A DNA stretch of 64,000 nt, taken from IMG/VR virus record IMGVR_UViG_3300033141_002688, positions 5,302-69,301 of that record. The stretch is one strand, 5' to 3'. Source of the DNA: a virus. Positions 60,194 to 64,000 of this stretch are shown piece by piece. The translations under genes were made by a program, and so were the position numbers. Every line of letters begins with the position of its first letter. Position 1 is the stretch's first letter. A model generated the notes under the pieces. The model was not told where the DNA came from. It saw only the letters and a program-made list of their open reading frames with translations, and made no database searches.

Positions 60194-60473
60194 TTGGCAT
60201 GTTATATGCTATAGCAAGAAGTGTGCCATTCGAGTTTGGCATTCATCTTGCATGCTTGCAATTCTCATGCCATAATATGGAATCTTAAGTTGGCAAAATT
60301 GAACTTAGTTTAACCTAATCCTCAATAGGCAAGCAAGAAGCATGCCAATTGAGTTTGGCTAATTCTAGCTTAGTTATTCTCAATTCTCAATATGGCACGC
60401 CGATTGCATACATGCAAGTTCTATGCCACTGGCAATTGGCACGCATTTTGCATACGGGAGCGATCATATGCCA
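60194..60473. promoter_or_regulatory. Array of eight exact plus one degenerate sigma54 -24/-12 sites in alternating orientation
   Basis: TGGCA-N7-(T)GC sites starting at 60194(+), 60214(-), 60236(+), 60256(-), 60333(-), 60393(+), 60413(-), 60436(+); a 9-nt-spacer variant at 60460(-). Confidence 0.8.
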
Positions 60474-60620
60474 ACACAATCCAGATACAAAAAATTCTAA
60501 AAAATCCTACTAATTTAGTATATTTAATTCTGAGTATGTATCATAAAAACTCAAGAATCTCCAGTATATATAATTCAACTCTCTCTTAAAAATTTCCAAA
60601 AAATTTCTAACATTTTAGAC

Positions 60621-60648
60621 TTGACAAATGAGAATTAATGGTTATAAT
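60621..60648 (+). promoter_or_regulatory. Sigma70-type promoter TTGACA-N16-TATAAT for rightward genes
   Basis: TTGACA aatgagaattaatggt TATAAT, then AAGGAG SD. Confidence 0.8.
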
Positions 60649-60669
60649 ACTATAAATAAGGAGAGAGAA

Positions 60670-61061
60670 ATGAAACTAATTGAAAAGCAAGCTTTGCTGG
60701 TGTTTTGACACTGAAAGACTCAATTAACATAGTGAGAAGCTCTTCCCCTTTTAGATTTAACAGTGAGCAGAGGAGAGCACTAGTGAATGAAATTAAAATG
60801 AAATTCGATATGTTTAGGAGAACCAAAACGAAACTTAACACACTTGAAGATTTAAATAAGGTTAATTTAAATGATTTCAACTCAGTTGTTATATTTTATT
60901 ATTCTGATGTTATATGCATATATTTCACAGGAACTCATTCAAAAGATATAGTGTTTTGCCATTCAGATACTTCTCTTAATGGATTCATTTTAAGATGTAG
61001 ATTACAGAATATCAATGTTTCTGAATTATTAATTGCAACTAGACTATTTCGGAATCAATAA
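60670..61061 (+). CDS. LRxKLE family B protein; probable start 60670 with a homopolymer frameshift at ~60704
   Basis: SLNGFILRCRLQN; paralogous to 62167-62421. Confidence 0.6.
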
Positions 61062-61082
61062 GTGATATAAAAGGAGATAGTT

Positions 61083-61268
61083 ATGAGTAGAGTGAACAAA
61101 TTTTTTGAGTGGTTTAGAGAGAAGTGGGATGCGATGTATTTAACCGACTGGGAATGGAAAAGGAAATATTGTCCTAATCTTTATAAATATTTATTTGAGA
61201 TGGATGATAAAGAGAGACGTAAAATGTGGGATAATTATATAAGACAAGTTACAAGTGGAAGTCAATGA
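61083..61268 (+). CDS. Hypothetical Trp-rich protein
   Basis: AAGGAG SD, intact ORF. Confidence 0.5.
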   Translation: MSRVNKFFEWFREKWDAMYLTDWEWKRKYCPNLYKYLFEMDDKERRKMWDNYIRQVTSGSQ

Positions 61269-61360
61269 AGAGAGAGGTGGTGTAAAGTTTGTGATTTTCT
61301 TGAGAGTATAATCAACTGGGTTGAAATACAACTTCTTATATATCCGAGAGGAGGATTAAA

Positions 61361-61933
61361 ATGAACAAACTCGAACTGGAAGACAGAATTATAAAAAGAG
61401 CTGATATGGAAAATATTGAGATTGTCAAATGTAATATTTACAGGAAAGGTAAAAACCGTATAAACATACTTCCTACAGTGGTGAATAATTATAAAGACGA
61501 GTGGATTTCCAAGTTTCAGATTGAATCGTTAATTGATGAAGTTGTTCCTTTTGATATTGAATATGAAATACCTTCGATAGACTTGGAGGGTAGGTATAGT
61601 ATATTTAAGGTTGGTGACATTGTTGAAGTAGATAATATATGGATTAGACTTGATGCCGATGAAGAGTGTAGTGACATGGTTGTAGGTGCTGGTTGTGGTC
61701 AGTGGAGAAAAGGATGGATGAAAGGTAAAGTTTTTGAGTTAAACGATGGGATGGTAGGCGTTAAATTTAATAGAGATGTATGGATTGAGAAACCTGATAT
61801 TGGTTGGATAAATGATGTGTCTGAACTCAAGCGACTTATAGCGAAAGGTGATATTTATAAAGTGGAGAAAGGTCAGCCAGTTTATATAGGAATCCAGAGC
61901 TGGAATTTGAGAAAGATAAGAAATAATAGATGA
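61361..61933 (+). CDS. Hypothetical protein with SH3/KOW-like C-terminal half
   Basis: FKVGDIVEV...GKV...GVKF; GGAGG SD. Confidence 0.55.
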   Translation: MNKLELEDRIIKRADMENIEIVKCNIYRKGKNRINILPTVVNNYKDEWISKFQIESLIDEVVPFDIEYEIPSIDLEGRYSIFKVGDIVEVDNIWIRLDADEECSDMVVGAGCGQWRKGWMKGKVFELNDGMVGVKFNRDVWIEKPDIGWINDVSELKRLIAKGDIYKVEKGQPVYIGIQSWNLRKIRNNR

Positions 61934-61934
61934 G

Positions 61935-62174
61935 ATGATGAAACTTAGAGATGTACTGGAGTGTTTTAGTTTTATAACTGCTAGCGAGGAATACCTAGAT
62001 TCAGATTTGAAAAGATTAGAAATATCAAGAAATTTTATTGCGATGGTAGTGGATTATCATGGTTGTAGACATATCCCCTTTTATATGTACACTCCGTGCA
62101 ATTTTAGCAACAAAACAAAGGCATTCATTTTAAGATGTCAATTAGAAGGAATTAAAGTTATTTGGCATGAGTAG
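61935..62174 (+). CDS. LRxKLE family B protein
   Basis: KTKAFILRCQLEG. Confidence 0.6.
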   Translation: MMKLRDVLECFSFITASEEYLDSDLKRLEISRNFIAMVVDYHGCRHIPFYMYTPCNFSNKTKAFILRCQLEGIKVIWHE

Positions 62175-62421
62175 AGAAGAAATGAAATTTAATAAGAAGA
62201 AATATTTGAATAAAATCAATTTGACCAATCTTAGATCAGTTATTGTTCATTATTATTTGAGATCAACATCTATGTACCTTTATACTGATAATGATATTAT
62301 ATATTTCATCCTTAAGCCTTCTGATAATGTTGATGGATTTCTACTTAGATGTAGACTACAAAATATAATCGTTGATGAGAGAGTAATTGATCCATCTTTC
62401 TGTGAAGGAGGTATAACATGA
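62167..62421 (+). CDS. LRxKLE family B protein
   Basis: NVDGFLLRCRLQN. Confidence 0.6.
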   Translation: MSREEMKFNKKKYLNKINLTNLRSVIVHYYLRSTSMYLYTDNDIIYFILKPSDNVDGFLLRCRLQNIIVDERVIDPSFCEGGIT

Positions 62422-62663
62422 CTTTAGAAATTGAAGAAGAACTTGATATAGATGAAGTTTGGAAGAATACTCCATATGATACTAGATTAGCTTGCACTGC
62501 ATATGTATTTAAGAAAATATGTGAACATGCTAGGGGAGGTGGTACTTATAGATATTTGATATATGACAGACTTGGATTTGACATGGATGCATATGCGGTA
62601 TTACTGGTAAATGGTGGGATGGATATTAGTAATGAGTTTAAACTAAAGAAAAGGAGGACATAA
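62418..62663 (+). CDS. Conserved phage hypothetical protein (G.YRYLIYD.LGF..DAY family)
   Basis: GGTYRYLIYDRLGFDMDAY...GGMDISN. Confidence 0.65.
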   Translation: MTLEIEEELDIDEVWKNTPYDTRLACTAYVFKKICEHARGGGTYRYLIYDRLGFDMDAYAVLLVNGGMDISNEFKLKKRRT

Positions 62664-62665
62664 AA

Positions 62666-63259
62666 ATGAAAAAAATACTTTTGATTATATTAGCACTTTT
62701 GTTTGCATTTAGCAGTTTGGCTTTTGCTGGTGGGGCAACTAAGCCGGAACAGAAACCACCCTATGTTCCTATAGAACACCAATCTTCACATATTCCTGAG
62801 ATAGTTTACATTGCCATTCGAGAAGTGCACTATGATGGAGGTGTAGAAGGCGTTATACACTCAACATTTGAAGAGTTAGTGAATTGTTGGACATCTGAAG
62901 GAAGTTTCTGCCCCCCTGTAGTTTTGGGAGAAGCAGCTATATTTAAGGCGTATAGAATGAGTTTTAGAGTAGAAAAACATCATGGGAATATAATAAATAA
63001 AGTGTGGACTGTAGATTCTTTTACTCCTGCTCCTCTAGTTCTGCGAGTGGAGGAAATAAGGGGTGCTTATTATGATGATATGTTGTGTGAATTTTCAGGT
63101 ACTGTTATAAAAATGGAAGAGATGAGTAACCAGATTTACTATCACTTTCTTGAAGCTCCACTTGAGTACACTCTAAAGAGAATAAAAGTGAGAAGCAGGA
63201 TGGTAGAAAGGTGTACAAAGAAGACCAAGCAGCTAGAATGGTTTGTAATTGATGAATAA
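62666..63259 (+). CDS. Exported/periplasmic hypothetical protein
   Basis: Sec signal peptide MKKILLIILALLFAFSSLAFA. Confidence 0.65.
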   Translation: MKKILLIILALLFAFSSLAFAGGATKPEQKPPYVPIEHQSSHIPEIVYIAIREVHYDGGVEGVIHSTFEELVNCWTSEGSFCPPVVLGEAAIFKAYRMSFRVEKHHGNIINKVWTVDSFTPAPLVLRVEEIRGAYYDDMLCEFSGTVIKMEEMSNQIYYHFLEAPLEYTLKRIKVRSRMVERCTKKTKQLEWFVIDE

Positions 63260-63579
63260 TGAATTATACTATAAAAGATTTAAAAAGATGTAGAGAAGCT
63301 ATACTTTTGAGACTCAAACTTGAGAATTTCAAAGGTTATTATGGTCAATTTGGTAAACCAAGGTTATCTAGTAATGTAGTAAAGGATATTATATGGGAAC
63401 CTGAAGGTTGGGGTATTGGTTATCTTTATACTTGGGAAGTAGATTTTTTATTAAAATGTTATAAACCACATCTACCAAAACTGACCAAGACTGAGTTATT
63501 GAAATTATTAGGATTTTCTACTAGAACTACTAGATTTGCTAATCATTATAATGTTTATCTTGAAAAGCGAGATGATTAG
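63259..63579 (+). CDS. LRxKLE family A protein; close paralogue of 50346-50684
   Basis: MNYTIKDLKRCREAILLRLKLENFKG...LLKCYKPHLPKLTKT. Confidence 0.75.
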   Translation: MNYTIKDLKRCREAILLRLKLENFKGYYGQFGKPRLSSNVVKDIIWEPEGWGIGYLYTWEVDFLLKCYKPHLPKLTKTELLKLLGFSTRTTRFANHYNVYLEKRDD

Positions 63580-63641
63580 ATTAAAATGAAATTTTTTTAT
63601 TAATAATTTTCATAACTTATAGCAGATGATTAATTTTTTAC

Positions 63642-63669
63642 TTGACAAATTAAAATTAATGATTATACT
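63642..63669 (+). promoter_or_regulatory. Sigma70-type promoter TTGACA-N16-TATACT
   Basis: TTGACA aattaaaattaatgat TATACT, 6 nt before ATG 63676. Confidence 0.75.
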
Positions 63670-63675
63670 AATTAT

Positions 63676-63852
63676 ATGAGCGAGATAGTTGAAATATTCA
63701 GTAGCATAATAGATGAAATGCCAGATTGGGCATTGGATGCAATGGAAAGAGGACAACTTTTCCATGAATGTTTTAAAAAGTTAAATGAATTGGAAAACAG
63801 AGTAAGATATTTGGAAAATAAGCTGGAGAAGCGAAATGACCACAAAAGCTGA
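63676..63852 (+). CDS. Small, probably leaderless hypothetical protein (58 aa)
   Basis: MSEIVEIFSSIIDEMPDWALDAMERG...; not in the ORF track (<60 aa). Confidence 0.5.
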   Translation: MSEIVEIFSSIIDEMPDWALDAMERGQLFHECFKKLNELENRVRYLENKLEKRNDHKS

Positions 63853-64000
63853 AATTTTAAGAGCAATAGGTAAACACTGTTTAGAATGTGTTGGTGGATC
63901 TTATGAAGCTAGAAAAGATTGTGGTGGAGATAAAACTCTGGGAGGAAAAGAGTGTAATTTATACCCCTTTAGATTTGGTAAAGACCCTAAACCAGCAAGA

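Noticed and set aside
60194-60473. Possible CRISPR or mini-array
   Set aside because: No identical direct repeats; units alternate strand and share only the -24/-12 bases.
59774-60589. Short ORFs called in the divergence region (59774, 59965, 60054, 60392)
   Set aside because: No SD, atypical composition, and overlap with the motif array; likely spurious.
60670-60710. Short ORF followed by a TTG-start ORF, possible recoding
   Set aside because: One more T in the TTTT run fuses them behind a good SD; consistent with a homopolymer error.
20095-63579. LRxKLE proteins as OmpR/PhoB-type winged-helix regulators (whose recognition helix ends LRxKLE)
   Set aside because: The preceding V(D/E)VHI and the rest of the wHTH pattern are absent; the resemblance is limited to six residues. 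Mimicry is not excluded but is unsupported.

Overview
64 kb internal segment of a large, AT-rich tailed bacteriophage genome, probably lytic (no integrase or repressor in the window). 1-13.6 kb (+): tail tip/fibre module interrupted by a free-standing zinc-ribbon HNH endonuclease. 13.6-59.6 kb (-): nucleotide metabolism (class II RNR, dCMP deaminase, HAD nucleotidase), RNA ligase, Mre11/Rad50, RecA/UvsX, SSB, UDG-PolA fusion, primase-helicase, a lambda-O-like initiator containing palindromic iterons, SNF2 helicase, a MoxR/vWA pair, an amidoligase + glutamine amidotransferase pair, and many small ORFs. A non-coding divergence region at 59.6-60.7 kb is followed by rightward small ORFs. The most unusual signals are: (1) about 26 otherwise dissimilar small proteins share one peptide motif, (G)[FWYLI]x[LIF][RK]x[KRQ][LI][EQ][NGDES], here called LRxKLE; (2) a dense array of nine exact sigma-54 -24/-12 sites, most in face-to-face pairs, in the divergence region; (3) three aberrant tRNA-derived elements: a ~141-nt tRNA-like RNA with extra arms, a tRNA-Gly with ACC anticodon and weakened T-stem, and tRNA-Pro-like halves flanking a nuclease ORF; (4) a family of TTGACA-N16-TATA(A/T/C)T promoters, one apparently driving a small RNA. 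Several frameshifts and short deletions suggest residual assembly errors. All calls are from reading the sequence; no database searches were run.
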